Shown piece by piece: positions 23,388 to 36,915 of a DNA stretch of 64,000 nt; position 1 is the stretch's first letter, and each line of letters begins with the position of its first letter. The notes below the pieces were generated by a model. The model did not search any database. It saw nothing but the letters and a program-made list of their open reading frames with translations, and had not been told where the DNA came from. The position numbers and the translations under genes were made by a program. Source of the DNA: Vicugna vicugna (taxonomy: Eukaryota); NCBI GenBank assembly GCA_013265495.1, contig MU058233.1:345038-409037 (forward strand). The letters are read 5' to 3'.

Positions 23388-23864
23388 TGTCGATGAAAAA
23401 TACTGCCAGCCATGTCAGCTAACAAAGGACACCGCGGCCATCAAGTCATCGGCCACTGCCGCCACCCCCGAGAGAGAGCGAAGGGAGCTCAGGATGCAGA
23501 TGAGCAGGCAGCCCGGCCTCTGCGGCCACCCCCACGGTGCCCCCGAGTGGACTGAGGAGGGGAAAGCACAGGGCACTGGCCCTGGAGAGCTGAGGTGCCG
23601 ATCACAGGAGTGATTTCAATGAGCCCACACATAGAAAAGCACTTAATTCCTTAACTCGAGATTTCTGGTTTTCTTTAGTTAACAGTCATCTTTCGATGTT
23701 CCGGCCACCTGGTCTTTGCTACAGAAGAACTCCTGTACAGCCTGGCTTCTCCCCTGCCTGGGTGGGGATCTGAGAGGCTGCCTCCCAGGCTCGAGTCCTC
23801 AGGAAGTCCACTGAATAAAACTTAACCCTCAAGTTACAGGTTGTGCGTTTTACTTCCGTTCACA
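23388..23864 (+). mobile_element. ERV1-type solo LTR (family name not certain)
   Basis: TGT...ACA termini, 4-bp target-site duplication GCAC (23384-23387 and 23865-23868), AATAAA near the 3' end, and full-length similarity to 27122-27623. Confidence 0.85.
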
Positions 23865-25412
23865 GCACCAAGGGAAGGCACTTCGCTGCTGGGATCTGCT
23901 GCCTCCGAGAGCTCCGGGCTTCCGAATGACCTGCCTTGTGGCATGGGGTCCAGTTTCCTGTGGCAGCTGCTCCTCACGGCAGGGCTGGGACTCGAGGGCA
24001 GTGCCTGGGGTGCAAGATTCCAGGAGACACTGCCTCCAGGGTCCCCGCCTCGCAGAGGCCTCCACGTCCTTGCTCCTTGAAGCCACCGTTTGCCAGGGGC
24101 CTGTGTCCACAAATGACCACGAAAGCACCACGAGTGTTGGTTTTGGGGTGATAAGTAAATTTTAGTGGGCAGGTGGGTTCACAGATGCAGAATCTGTGAC
24201 TATCAAGAGAGGACTGCACTTTGATACTTTAGCAGCCGCTGAGGACGTGCTGATGGGGCCAGCTGGGCACCGGCCCTTGCTGGAATGAGAGCGCAGGAGC
24301 CTTGTCTGTGTTCCATGTTGTGGCTCTTCCAGCAGCCACGGAGCCGGGAGTGACATGAGCTGGTTGAGTGCATGGAGGGGGAGTGACTGAGCCCGACAGA
24401 GGTGGGGGGCAAGGAGACAGCACCCAACCCCATGGGGCCATCACCCTGGGCCCTGGAGGGACAGCTGCCCTTAGATGGCGGCTCTCAAACTTGAGCTGCA
24501 ACCCGGGAGGACACACACTGCAGGGACCCACCAGGAACGTCTGATCCTGCAGGTCCAGGGTGGGCGGGGAGCTGGCATCTTTAAGAAGGACCCAGGGGAT
24601 GCGATGCTCAGTGGGGACCCAGGAGATCTCTGCCGTGGAACAGGACTCACAGCCTTTCACCCTTTCATAGGTGCAGATGTGTGCTGTGGATGGGAATGTT
24701 GCGTGGACCCTGGCTCCAGGAGGGCAGGGAGATGCTGCAGAGAGCATGGGGAAGGTCCTAGGTCAGCATCTCTGGGCCCCGCTGGGTATCATCTGGCCCT
24801 GCGGCAATGGCTGACCCTGGGGAGGCTGCGGCAGCTCTGAGAGGCTGGCGCCCCGGAGCACCCCTGCGGGGATGAAGGGGCCAGAGCCACCTGCCGCGAG
24901 CCTCTGGAGCAGGAAAGATCTGCACCAGCTCCCCCTCCCATTGCAAACCCACAGGTCCGATCTCACATTTAAGGAAAGTCACGCACATCGGTGCTTCCCT
25001 GTAGGGTTTCTGAAGCTCTCACCTCCCTCTTCCCTTGTCTCCCAGTGCTGGCTCACATCTTGTCTCGCAAAGAATTCCTTCTAAAGAGACAGGATTGATT
25101 GACTCCCCCGGGAAATGAAGGCAAACGGAGAGAGAAGAAAGTTGTCAGGATTAAAGATGGCCCAGTCCGCTCCTGCAGGCTCTGAGGCCCACGTGTTACA
25201 GAAGGGACGGTCAGGGGAGCCTGCCACGGCCTCCTGCGGCCACGCCTGCACTGGGCTCTTGTCCGCACATCTCCCAGCTCCCGGCGCCGCCCAGCACTGG
25301 GCGGGACCAGGTGCTGGGGGTGGGGGGAGTGGCAAAATGCCCTCATCCTGCCCTTCCCTGGGACTCCTCAATGTGAGGGCCCCCGGAAAAACGAGAGACC
25401 AGGCTCTGCAGA

Positions 25413-25850
25413 CGGCGGTGGGCTGACCCGTGGCCCAGAAGCTACACTCACACCCCGATCCTCGGGACCTCTGGGTGCGACCTTGTTTGGAAACAGGATC
25501 TTTGCAGGTGCTGCTAGTTAAGGTGAGGTCGTGCTGGGTTGGGGTGGTTCCAACCAGTGACTGGAGCCCTTTATAAGAAGAAGGAATCTGGGACACAGAC
25601 GTCCACAGAGAAGACAGCCATGTGACAACAGAGGCAGAGACGGGAGTGATGAGCCCGCAAGCCAAGGACACCTGGAGTCACCTGGAGCCACCTGGAGCTG
25701 GAATATGCAGGAAGGAGCCTCTTTGGCGCCTGGAGGGAGCCCAGCCCCGTCCACGCCTTGGCTTCAGATTTCTCCCGACCCGTGACAGGACACACGTCTG
25801 CAGCTTCAGCCATCCGGTGTGTGGTGCTTTGTTAGCGTGGCACAGGGACC
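25413..25850 (+). mobile_element. MLT1B/C-like MaLR LTR
   Basis: GACCTTGTTTGGAAACAGGATCTTTGCAG, CCTTATAAGAAGA, GCCATGTGACAACAGAGGCAGAGA, CAAGCCAAGGA. Confidence 0.8.
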
Positions 25851-27121
25851 GGTGCGCTGGGACGTGGCCTGCGGCCAGTGGATTCCGAGAACTGGACGTG
25901 CGGAGGTGGACCGTCCCTCACACCCGATGGGCACTCAGCCCGTGGTCAGGTTGACCTGCGTGGCACCCGGGCTTCCCCAGCGAGGGCAGAGGGGCTGTTT
26001 TTCCTGCTTGAAATCCTCCACTTCCTCCTCCAGGAGAGGGTGCTGAAAGCTTGTCATTTTATCCCTTGAATAAGACGTGATTTTGAGAACAGTGGGAAAT
26101 TTGCAGTCATTAGCTCAGCCTTTGAAACTTTTGTCGGACAGCTCTCCTGACGATGCAGCTAGCCAACCAAACAAACAAAAGCCAGGCTGCTCACAACGGT
26201 CTGGGCTGGAGGTCACAGCAGTCGTTTGCCCAGGCCCCGTGCTCAGCGCTGCCCCCGCTCTGCACCTTTACACCCCACGGTCCCCTTCTACGCCGGGCGC
26301 CCTCATCACCCCGCTTCACAGGGAAGACCACTGAGGCTCACCGTGCCTGCAGAGCCAGGGAGCAGCGAGCCCAGCCTCTTCACCATGTGCCCTAGACCAG
26401 AGCATCTCGAAGAAGCATCTTAGCGGGGACCCACGCAGGTTGCCAGCTTTTCATTTCGACGTCAAGGACACTGATCACGACTATGATTACGGTTACTACC
26501 ACCTCACGAAAGGACGGTGCTGCCCTCCAACCCGGGCAGGAGGGACGCACCCTCGTAATGAGTATTTTCATGGAATGCGCCCGACCCTCCAAGTACACCC
26601 AACTTTGCCCACGCGGACGGAGGGCTCCGGGCGCACCATCCCCAGGAGCCAAGGAGGGCTCTCCTGGGCACCTGCTGGTCTACAGGGCTCCTGGCTCCCC
26701 TCCAGGCAGGTAAGGGGCTCCCCGTGTCCAAGGGGCACCCCGTTCCCCGCCGTCGCCCCTCCCAGTCGGGCTTAGAGGCAGGGACGGTGGTGAGAACAAT
26801 GCGGTCAGCACAGCATGAGGACCCACCAGGTGACCACGGGTAACGAGTGTGGCCGTGTCCGAGCCTCCAGATGGAACACAAGCCCTGGTTGGGGGATCTG
26901 CAGAACCCCTTATCAGTCCTCACGTCGCTCTCAAAAAGTAAGCTACCAGCTGGCGTTCCGGAAGCTTCTCCAGCCCAGCGGAAATCCCAGGACGACCAAG
27001 GCTTCCCGGGCTCCCCACTTCTGCATTGCCCTTGGGGAGGGGCAGGAGGGCACCAGCTGTGCACGTCTGCGTCCTGCTCTTCGCTCCCACTTAAAGTTAC
27101 TGTCAGAGTCTCCCCTGCTGT

Positions 27122-27623
27122 TGTGGACAGGAAATGTCGCCTGCCACATCAGTGAACACAGGACGCCGTGGCCATCAAGTCATCAGCCGCCGCCACCCCC
27201 CACGGTGAGCAGCGGGAACTCGGGATGGAGACCAGCAGGCAGCCCGGCCGCTGCTGCCGCGCCCGGCGGTGCCCCCGAGGGGACTCAGGATGGGAGAGCA
27301 CAGGACACTGGCCCTGGAGAGCTGAGGTGCAGGTCACAGGGGTGACTTCCGTGAGCCCAGACCTTCGCACCTTCCCATCCGTAGAAAAGCGCTCAGCTCC
27401 TTACCTCGAGCTGTCTGGTTTTCCTCAGTTAACGGTCATCTTTTAATGTCCCGACGACCGGGTTTTGTTGCAAAAACTCATATCTCCTGGCTCCTCTCTT
27501 GCCACTTTGGAACAGCCTCTTAGAGCGTCTGAGAGGCCGCCCCCCGGGCTCGAGTCCTCAGGGAGCCCGCCGAATAAGACGTAACTCGGAACTCTTAGGT
27601 GGTGCGTTTCATTTCAGTCGACA
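27122..27623 (+). mobile_element. ERV1-type solo LTR, same family as 23388-23864
   Basis: TGT...ACA termini, near-TSD CTGT/CTGG, and shared blocks GGCCATCAAGTCATC, CACTGGCCCTGGAGAGCTGAGGTGC, GGCTCGAGTCCTCAGG. Confidence 0.85.
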
Positions 27624-27639
27624 CTGGTGTGTATGGCCC

Positions 27640-28290
27640 GACAGTGATTATAACTAATATTCATCTTTTAAACCACCGCAACAGTTGAACACCGCCCTAA
27701 GAGTTCCTGTGCACTTGTACATTGAGTTATGTATTCATTTTACACGTTTAGCATTGTTCCCTTATTTCAGAAGCTGCACCACTGGGTCAAGGGTAAAGTG
27801 TTTTTGTGGCTCTTTCCAGAAGGTTTCGTTCTGTTTTCTGTTGCCAACAATATTTGCTTTTACTCTTCTAATTAGAAAGTGCATTTCTTCTGATTGAAAA
27901 GGTCATCAATGTGATACACGATTGTAAAAAGACCATAACTCAATAGAAAATGTAAAAAAAAAGAAAAGAAAAGGTCATGAACACTTATTGCAAAACATTC
28001 TGGAAACCCACACAAGGGGCCGCCCAGGATCCCCGTCCACAGGGAAACCAGGATCCATATGTTAGTGCTCTGTGTTACTTTTATAAGATTCCCTGTGATA
28101 GTTCCAACGGAATTCAGTAAACACACATAATGTATATACAAGTCTGCGCTCTGTTCGTATCACTGCAGCTTAAGCATTCCCTTATGTCACTAAAGATTCT
28201 GCATGAACATCGCTTTTTACGCCTGCAAACATGAAGTCTCATCCTGTGGCTGTACCGTTTATTCCTCCATCCACTCGTCAAAAATATATG
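27640..28290 (-). mobile_element. Diverged L1ME-type fragments
   Basis: AT-rich block with typical L1ME 3' remnants (GGGTCAAGGGTA, GTGCATTTCTTCTGATT, TGGCTGTACCGTTTATT). Confidence 0.45.
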
Positions 28291-30002
28291 AAGTGTCTCA
28301 GATGCCGAGGGTCGGGCGGGTGCTGGGGGTCGGTACCCAGGGCCCTCAAAGGGCTTGCAGTCCAGGCGGGAGACGGTACATAAACAGGCGATCACGGGAC
28401 AGCGTGCTGAGGCCAGCCACGCTCACGGGGAGGGACGCAGGGCAGCTGACTCTGCATTTTGGCGGGGGCCTGGGGGGTCAGATACGGTTTCCTGGAACCT
28501 CCAGAGGCTCTTGCTTTGAGCCTGCAGGAAACGGGACTCCCTGAAGGGGCAGGCGCAGGGGTGGAGGGGGCTTGGAGGGGCCGTGCTGAGGCTGATGGTC
28601 TGGCAGTGCTGTCCAGGTGGGAGAGGACGAGAGCTCCCTGGGGACAAGACGGCCCGTGGACACGGATGGCCTCATACCTCCGTCTCGCCCACCTCCCGCC
28701 TCCCACTTGCGCAGACCCTCTCCAGTTCTTTCAAGAACCAGCCTCCTCACACATGATGTGGCCGTCACCCACGTGGCCTGCCCTCTCCACCACAGGGTTC
28801 CAATCTGGACACAGTGACCAGCCAACAGTGTGCATGTGTCCCAAGTGGATTAATAACGAAGAGGGACCACCCCCTTCTGTGATACCTTGAGCGCCAAGAG
28901 CAAGGGCTTGAGGGACATCTTTGTCTACACAAAGAGAGGCTGCCCATTCAGATGTGCTCCAGCCCAGCCCAGGTGGGTGACCCACTCAGGCGCACTCCAT
29001 CCACGCCCAGGTAGATAGACAGGAGCTGGGCTGGCCAAGGCAGAACAGGGCCTGAGGCCCAGCACCAAGGCCTGGTGGGTGGCTCTCCCAGTGGCCCGGG
29101 TGTCTGGGACTCCAGGTGGAGGGGGCAGAGGAGGGTCCTGGGCTGTAGGAAGCAAGTTGTCCAGGTCCGGGTGGAAAGAAAGGCTCCAAGGAGGCAGGCA
29201 CAACTCGAGGGCCCCTTCCTATCCGAAGTCCCACCGTGCGTCTGACAGTGGAATGCTCACGGGGGCACCCACGTCTTCCAGGACATCCTCTGCTCTGGTT
29301 CTCTGGCTCGGGGATGACACCTCTGGTGAAACACTGTTGGTGTCAGAAGCAATGATTTGACTTTCCAGAGGAAAAGCAGTTTCTGTTTGAGAGTTGGGGT
29401 GAACACGGGGCACCTCCCCCTCACATCCATCACCACTGTAGTGGGAAGAGGTCACAGCCCCAAGCTGTCATGCTTTCATGGAACAGGCACCTGAGGCTCC
29501 TGCCCTGTGCCCTGAGGGAGTGCACTTTTCTAACCACAAGAGATAATTTGGAGACATCACAGCGAGGGACCACTACCTCGGGGAGTGGGTGTGAGGCACT
29601 GTTCACATGCAGAGACCGATTCAGGGCTGGGGGGCAGGACGTCAGGGCAGGCGGGGACTCGGGAGCTGCGGTGAGTCGCTTGGACCCCGTTTCCCAGATG
29701 TGTTCTCTTGACGTGCCCTGAGAAAAGCAACGATGGAAGTTCATCATAAACAGGGACCATCTCCCGGCCTGTGCTGTGGGGCAGTAGGAAATGGTGGGGA
29801 CTGGGGTGGCGAGCACACGTCCTCCACCTGAGGGGCCCCCACTCCAGATCTAATGGGTCCAAAAATGCCGGATCTTCTAGACTTTCAAGAGAACGTAGCA
29901 ACACAGATTCTCTTCTATAAATATCAACAACTCATTCATATTTGGGGAAATAAGTCCCATCAGGTTAACAAAGAGGGTCTACATCTGTTAGCTGGCCAGG
30001 AC

Positions 30003-30460
30003 AGGGGTGACAGGCTAAGAAATGCTTCCCAAGGACACCAGGTTCTGGTCCCCAGAACCAGTGGATGTGGTGCCTTAAGCGTACGTGGGACTGTGCAGGT
30101 GAGATTAAGTCAAGAATCCTGAGATGGACCAGGATCCAGGACTAAACGCCATCACAAGGATCCCTGGACAGAGACGGCTGGGGAGACTTGACACAGACAG
30201 AGAGGGGGCATGTTACGTGGCGGCCGAGTGGAGGGACTCGGTCAGCTGCGAAGGAGGAAGGAGGAGTGCCTGGGGCCCTGGGAAGCTGGAAGAGTCAGGA
30301 AGGATCCCACCAGGAGCCCTCGGAGAGCTCAGCCCTGCCCACACTCTGACTTTAGCCCAGGGAAGCCCATTTTGGGCTCCTGACCTGTGAGAGAATAAAT
30401 CTGTGCTGTGTCAAGCCGCCCAGCAGCAGTGCGTTGTCACGGCGCCTGGGAAATTAACAC
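30003..30460 (+). mobile_element. MLT1D-like MaLR LTR
   Basis: GAGATTAAGTCAAGAATCCTGAGATG, AAGCTGGAAGAG, GACTTTAGCCCAG, TGTGAGAGAATAAATCTGTGCTGTGTCAAGCC. Confidence 0.75.
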
Positions 30461-31472
30461 GATAGGCCGAGTGGCTCTAACTTAGGTCCGGGTCGTTCCT
30501 CCCTCACTCCTCTGTCCTGGGTCCTGACGGCCCCAGGATGGGTCAGGGGACTAAGGACAGTGCTTGCCAGAGACATGCCCGGCAGGACTGGGGTCTTGGG
30601 CACGGTCTGCTCTCACCAGCCCTTCTCAGTCGCCCTGGGCTGGGCAGTCAAAGCCTTTTTGTCTGCAGTCAGCCCATGTGAACTGCGGTGCCCCAGGGGT
30701 GGCAGGAGCGCAGACTTGTCAGATGCAGGGGTCTGAGGGGCGGAAAGCGTCTGCCGAGAAGCCGCGTGAGCTGGGTGGCGGCAGGGCTGGGCCTGGAGCC
30801 CAGGAGTGAAGCTGTCCCAGGTACCCTGGCTCCCGGAGTGCAGGTGCTCTGGAGGTAAGCCCTGGACCAGGGGATTCTTCAGGAGTCTGGCCCCCAGAAC
30901 CTCAGGGCAGCCAGAGAAGGCACAGGCCCCTGGGCTCTGGCTGGGGCTGGCTGATGAGCGTGTCTGGGGCAGGCAGGAACCTGCATGCCCAGGCTCCCCA
31001 CGCACGTGGATCCACTCTGCAGGGTGGGCACAGGGGACTCGCTCACCCTTGCCTGCAACGAGGTTGGTGCGGAGGGTACCCACCGGGAACTTGGAAAGGC
31101 ACGGCTGAGGCACAGCCACTGCCCCCACCATGCCTCAGGACCCCTGGGGCGCTGGCCCTCCGCAGCGGCTCATGCAAGTCTGGACACAGCAGAGGAGCAG
31201 CTGACATGGGGGAGCCACAGGAGCTGGCGGCGGGGACCGAGTCTCAGAGGCCCCGCCTCCGGGCCGCGGGCATTGTTTACCGCACGTGGTCCTCTTTGAA
31301 GCCCACCCAAGTAGGTTTTATGTGGATGGTCCTCCAGCTCCTTGGGAACCCACCCAGCAGTCTGGCCACATAGGTCTGCTTCTCCTCAGGGCAGCCAAGG
31401 GCCCCCCTTTCCTTACGCAGGCCCTCCCTACGGGAGGTTGAGAGGTTGTGCCCTGGTTCAGATGGATGGAGG

Positions 31473-32215
31473 GGTGGTAGGTTGAGTGGTGGTCCCCAAA
31501 GCATTATTCAGGAACTTGTGAATGTGGCCTTATTTGGAAACAGCAACTTTGCAGCTGTAACTAAATCAAGGACTTTGAGATGAGATCATCCTGGATTAGG
31601 GTGGGTCTTAAATCCAACAAGGGTCCTTAAAATTTAGAGAGGGCTCAGAGGGACACATACAGGAGAGGCTACATGACCATGGAGACAGAGATTGGAGTGA
31701 GGCTCCCACAAGCCAGGGAGCACCAGGAATGGCCAGGAGCCACTAGAAGCTGGAAAGAGGCCTGGAAAAGATTCTCCCTCAGCGCCTCCAGGAGGAATCA
31801 ACCTGCCGACACTTTGATTTTAGGCTTCTGGCCTCCAGCGCTGTGAGGGGCTGACCTTGCAGCTAGAATGACATGTGACCAAGATCTGGTCAACAAGGTT
31901 TAAGTGGAATTTGCCAGGTGGAATTTCTGGGAAATGTATCTGAGAGGCACAGACTCAACTGGTATACGTGGGGCTTGAGGGGGAATTTTTTCCCCTTTTA
32001 TCTACAGTCCTTCCCCCTTTCTCCTAGCGGGAACAAGGACTCAATGCTTGGGGCTGGGGCAGCCATTGTGTGACCATGAGGTTTAAAGTCACACAATAGG
32101 AATTCAAATGAAATTGGTCTCTTGAGGACATCTACCAGCCCCCTGGATTTCATGTTCCGTGGGAAAAACAAATCACAACGCAGTTAGGTCGTTTTAGTCG
32201 GGCTGTGTCAGGACT
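31473..32215 (+). mobile_element. MLT1B/C-like LTR (31473-31850) followed by an older MLT1H-J-like fragment
   Basis: GTGAATGTGGCCTTATTTGGAAA, GAGATGAGATCATCCTGGATTAGGGTGGG, AGAAGCTGGAAAGAGG; then CATGTGACCAAGATCTGGTCAA and GCAGCCATTGTGTGACCATGAGG. Confidence 0.75.
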
Positions 32216-34292
32216 CCGAATTCTCCACCCAGAGAAGCAAGCGGGTGAGCGTTAGGAATGAGAGGACACTGTAACAAGAAGGGCCAGGTGGCCTTCCCCT
32301 CACGCAGCCCCCGCCCAAGAAGGACCTGGCTGGCCATCTCAGGCAGAGAGCCGCCCAGGGACACAGACAGAGCTGTCAGCTCCCAAGGAGCCCCCTCAAA
32401 CCCCCTCTCCCACAGCAGAGTCATTTCACACTTGGCCAACCCACTCCTTCCCGCACAGAAACCTGGGGTATGTGGGCGGCTGCGATTTTTCAACTTGGAA
32501 GGAAGTGTGGCTTTCAAGCTCCCAGTTTCTCTTTGAGTCACCGATTTCCATCTGTCACAGTGACTTAAGCCAGCATTCCGAGAGAGGAAACAGCCCCAAT
32601 GGAGAGGCTGCCGGTCACAAGATAATCTGAGAGGAAGGGGCAGAGTGAAGATGCCTTCGGGAAGTGGGGAGGCTGGGCGGGCCTGTAGGGTACGGCTCCG
32701 GTGTCAGGACACCCCTGAGGACACACGGCCACCGGCGGCCCAGAGGAGGGGACTCTGTCTGCAGGAGAGACTGGCCCCTGTGAAACCGCTAAGGATGTTA
32801 GACTTAAAACAACAGAAACAACATCAATTGTGAAAAAGCAGAAAGCATCTGACAGGACGGATGTGAAGAACGACGGGGACCCGGGGGACGTGTGAGTCTG
32901 GGGCTCCCTTCGTCCCCAGAGGATGCTCTGACCTGCAGACTTGAGGGCTCAGAGGAGAGGAGGGCAGAGGGCCAGATGGACCCCGTGTGGGGCTCAGCTC
33001 TTGAAGGGGGTGGGAGGGGCTCTACCGAGCCCCAAGGAGCAGACACAGATGCTGTCCATCCGGGCCTCCAGCCAGGCCACAGATTCACGCTTCCCGACAA
33101 TGACCGGCACGGAGCAAACACACCAGGACAGAAGAGGACAGGAGCTTCGGACGGGAGCTGCCGGGCAGTGGGTCCTCTCGGTGCTGCCCTCCGATCAAAG
33201 AGGCCATCAGCCTCCTCTCCGGACGAAGCCCAGTGAGCAGGACCGGATGGTTTGCAGGGGAGCCAGCCCCCGTCACCCACCCCCGGGCTCCAGGCAGTGT
33301 CCTTCCCGTGCCAGCGACCTTGGCGGGCGACTTGGTGGAGTGTAGGGAGTGGGGGTGGGGGAGGGTGGCCGCGGCAGAGAACAGAACATCCTGCTGGCTC
33401 TGGCTTCTCTCTCTCTCTGCGCCCTTTGAGAATTTAGGCCAATTTAACGTGCCTGGCTATTAATTTTGATGATTACAAAGCGGAGATAAAGGCGACAGCC
33501 CCTGGTTCGCCTTTGTAGATAATGTCCCTCCCAGCTTCAGTTCCATCCCCTCTCGCCAAACACAACGGCTAATTTCATTACAGACGGGTCTTTTAAGATT
33601 CCCCGGGGACTCAAACCCATAACATATTGTCAACAGCGGGAAGGCAGCCTGCCCTTCCGAAACTCAGGAGCCATGAATATTTCGTAAAACACGACAATGC
33701 CTGTAAAATATATCCTCACTGAGGCTAATACCGTATTTGATGAATCTTCCAGCGTAACACTTGTGTTCAACTGATATGCATATTTATGGGGCCAAAGCCT
33801 GGGAGATAAGGAATGACGGGGTGTATCTGGCAAAACAGATGTCCTGGCTCTCTCACTTTGTGACGCACGTGGGGCCGTGGAGATCCCCCAGCCGGTTCCT
33901 GGCAGGAGTGAGTGCCAGCTTGCCCCAGGTCTGGGCCTGACTGTGCCTAGGGAGGGGGTACGGGGGGCATTTGGGTGTCCTGTTACCTCAGTGGCCACCT
34001 GGCTTGAGTGACGCTGCCCGAGAGGGTCTGGGTGGCCAGGGCCCACCCTCCCCACGCCCACTGCAGCCTCTGGTGGTGGATGCCCCTGGCTCTGTCAGGC
34101 TCAGTTCTGGGCTCGTTCCTGAGCGCAGAATCTCCCAGGAAGGGCTGGTGCCCTGGGCCAACCCAGTTCTGGGGCCACAGGCAGGAGACCTCGGAGCCCA
34201 CACTTGGGTCCCCAGGGGGTGGAGAGTCTGTGGCACTTGCTCGTGCTGAAGCCCAAGAACCTAGTGCATAGTAGGTGCCCGGGCAGTGCTTG

Positions 34293-34354
34293 TGGATGGA
34301 TGGATGGATGGATGGTTGGATGGGTGGATGGATGCGTGAATGAATGAATGCATG
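34293..34354. repeat. (TGGA)n/(TGAA)n microsatellite
   Basis: gtggatggatggatggatggatggttggatgggtggatggatgcgtgaatgaatgaatg. Confidence 0.9.
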
Positions 34355-34519
34355 AGTGAATGGGCCACCGCAAGCCCCCAGCCTGAAGGAGACAGAGCTG
34401 GCACTGTGGGCGCTGCCCTTGAGCTCCTTCCTGAGACAGTGACCTTCCAGACAAGGAATGATGGACAAGCACGAGAGATCACGCTGACCTTGCAAATGCA
34501 GAGGGCCACACGGCTTGGT

Positions 34520-34975
34520 ACCTCCCCTCCCCAGCCCCGCCCAGCTCAGTCGGCGTGGGCGTGGTCCTGGAGGCTGGAAGTCCAGGTCAGCCTGGCTCCT
34601 AATGAGAACCCTCTTCCTGGCTTGCAGACGACGGCCTTCCTGCTGTGTCCTCAGTGGTCTCCTTGGTGTGTGCCCACAGATCTCTGTCTCCTCGTCTTGT
34701 AAGGCCACAGATCCCATCAAGGGGCCCCCGGCATGAACTCATCTAACCCTCGTCATGTCCCAGAGGCCGCACCTCTTAACACCATCCCACTGGGGTTAGT
34801 GCTTCAACATAAGAATCTGGGGGACACAGACATTCAATCCATTGCATTCCACCCCCGGACCCCCAAATTCACATCCTTCTCTCAAGCAAACTACACTCCC
34901 TCCACCCAATAGCCCCATAAGCCTTAATCCATCCCAGCATCCACTTGTAAGTTTAAAGCCTTCTCTAAATGTGTA
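34520..34975 (-). mobile_element. MLT1A-like LTR with adjoining MaLR internal remnant
   Basis: GGAGGCTGGAAGTCCAGGTCAG, CTTCCTGGCTTGCAGAC, GGGGGACACAGACATTCAATCCATTGCA; then the internal-type CCCCCAAATTCACATCCTTCTC...CCCAATAGCCCC. Confidence 0.72.
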
Positions 34976-36734
34976 TCAGCCATGCACGTCCCTTCAGATT
35001 GGAGCCCCCCGGACAGAGCCAGGGAGAAACGACCCTTCCTCGGGCAGCTGCGGTGCTGGGCTCTCCACCTCCTGGAGCCAGGACAGGGGCAGAGTCTCTC
35101 ATTTTCCTGGTTCAGCCCCTGTCCCCTCACCTGTTTACCCCAAACAAAGCCAGAGCATATTCAAGCTGGTCCTGCTTGGGGGCTGGAGCCAAGCTACCAA
35201 AATCCAAACCCCATGTTTGCTCATGTCCTAACTTTAGATGAAATACTCGCCTTCATGTGTTTCAGTTTCCCCATCTGAGTGAAGCAGACAGTGCCCCTGC
35301 CCAGGGCTGCTGTGGGCTGAACAGGACGGTGTGTGTGACACTTGGGATGATGGATTATCACATTATTTGCCCTTTTGGCAACACACACAGTCAAATGTCT
35401 CCTGACACGGGAGCTGTTCTCACGGCTTTGCTGTTTGGGTCTCTCCCACCCACATTTAGCAGCCCAGCCACTCCCGCCAAGACGTGACAGTCCTGGACCC
35501 CTTGTCAAGTGCCTCCGTGAAGATTCGAGGTCAGAGGGGCGGCATGTGCGGCCGGATGTGGGCAGGTACAACACAGGCACGGTGCTCGGGCAGAGGGAAC
35601 GGAGGGCCAGGCAGGACTGCAGCAGAAGGCTAGATAGGGGTCTAGTAGGGTCGGGGATGGTCTGCAAGGCTCCAGTCTGCAAGACCACTGCCCCCAGCCC
35701 AGCGTCTTGGCTGTGTGAGCAGCGCTGGCCACTGAGTCATGTTAGCTCAGACTGGCAGTGCCCGTCCCCAGACCCACCCTCAGAACCGCCCTCGACTGCT
35801 CCAAGCTCACTGAACACAGCTCTGTGGCTTCCTGGCTCCTCCCTAGGGCTAGAGTTAGACCAGAAACAGGGGTGGGGAGCCTGTGGGGCCCAAGAGGTAT
35901 TCCTCTAATCCCCAGGGCCCTAGGCTGGGGGCAGGGTCCTGGGCCAGGAAGAGCTGCCTTGCAGAGAGAAGACACCTGATGTAAGGTGGCCCTGCTTGAG
36001 GACCAGTGGGTCCCTGCTTCTTGAGGCCTTCTGACCCCAAAGACCCCCAGGTCAGGGACAGAGATCTCCCTTCCAGTGGCTGGGGGGACCTCGGAAGTGA
36101 GATGTGGAAGGCCTCGAACTGGGCGGGGTGATCTCCGCAGGACTCAAAACCACCTGTCTTTCCTCCTCGTCTCTCTGGACGGCTCTCTGGAGATCTCTCC
36201 TCTCCCCTCCAGCCGCCCGGAGTCTGCTCTGATTTCCGCAGCCCCAGGAAGAAAGCAAGGCCTTCCTGCAGCCCAGGGCAGTGCCCAGTGCTGTGTCTCC
36301 ACCCCAAAGGTGGAATGCCCTTATGCGAGGGCCACGCCAGATGTGAGGTTGTCGACCCCACACCTCTGCCAGGCCAGCTGTCCACCTCCACAAGTGTGCA
36401 CTGGGGCCTGAGCCGCCTCCCTGGCCTTCTGTCCTCCTCAGCCATTCCAGATACCATCTCCCTTTCTCAGTGCTCAGCTTTGCTCACTCTATGGGGTCTC
36501 CTCGCATATTCACCCATCCACCTGTCCATCATCCAACCACCTTCCCACCCATCCACTCCTCCACGCAAACACCCTTTTCCTTCCTCCCTCCGCCCATCTA
36601 TAAATCTATCCACCCTTCCTGTGAACAAATATTTACTGAGAAATGGTTACTATGAGGCATCATGTTACTCATCTGTCTAAATTCTGCCCCACTTCAATTC
36701 TTTTCCTTCCATTGCCTTTACTCGCATTTCTGAG

Positions 36735-36915
36735 GACCTACTGTGTGTCAGGCACTTTCACATGCATTATCTCATCTAATCTCAAAATCCTATGGAAGAA
36801 TGGAAGTGCTCTGTATGGTCGTTCTTCCCATTTCACAGATGAAAAAAACCCAAGCTCAATGAGGGGGGCTGTCTAGCCAAGGTCACCCAGTCGGGGTTTG
36901 AACCCAGATCCAGCA
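36735..36915 (-). mobile_element. MIR
   Basis: TACTGTGTGTCAGGCAC...CATGCATTATCTCATCTAATCTC...CCCATTTCACAGATGAAAAAA...CCAAGGTCACCCAG...GGGTTTGAACCCAG. Confidence 0.8.

Noticed and set aside
23388-27623. Possible provirus bounded by two related LTRs
   Set aside because: Each LTR has its own TSD, they are clearly diverged from each other, no PBS or gag/pol follows the first, and the interval contains an older MLT1 element.
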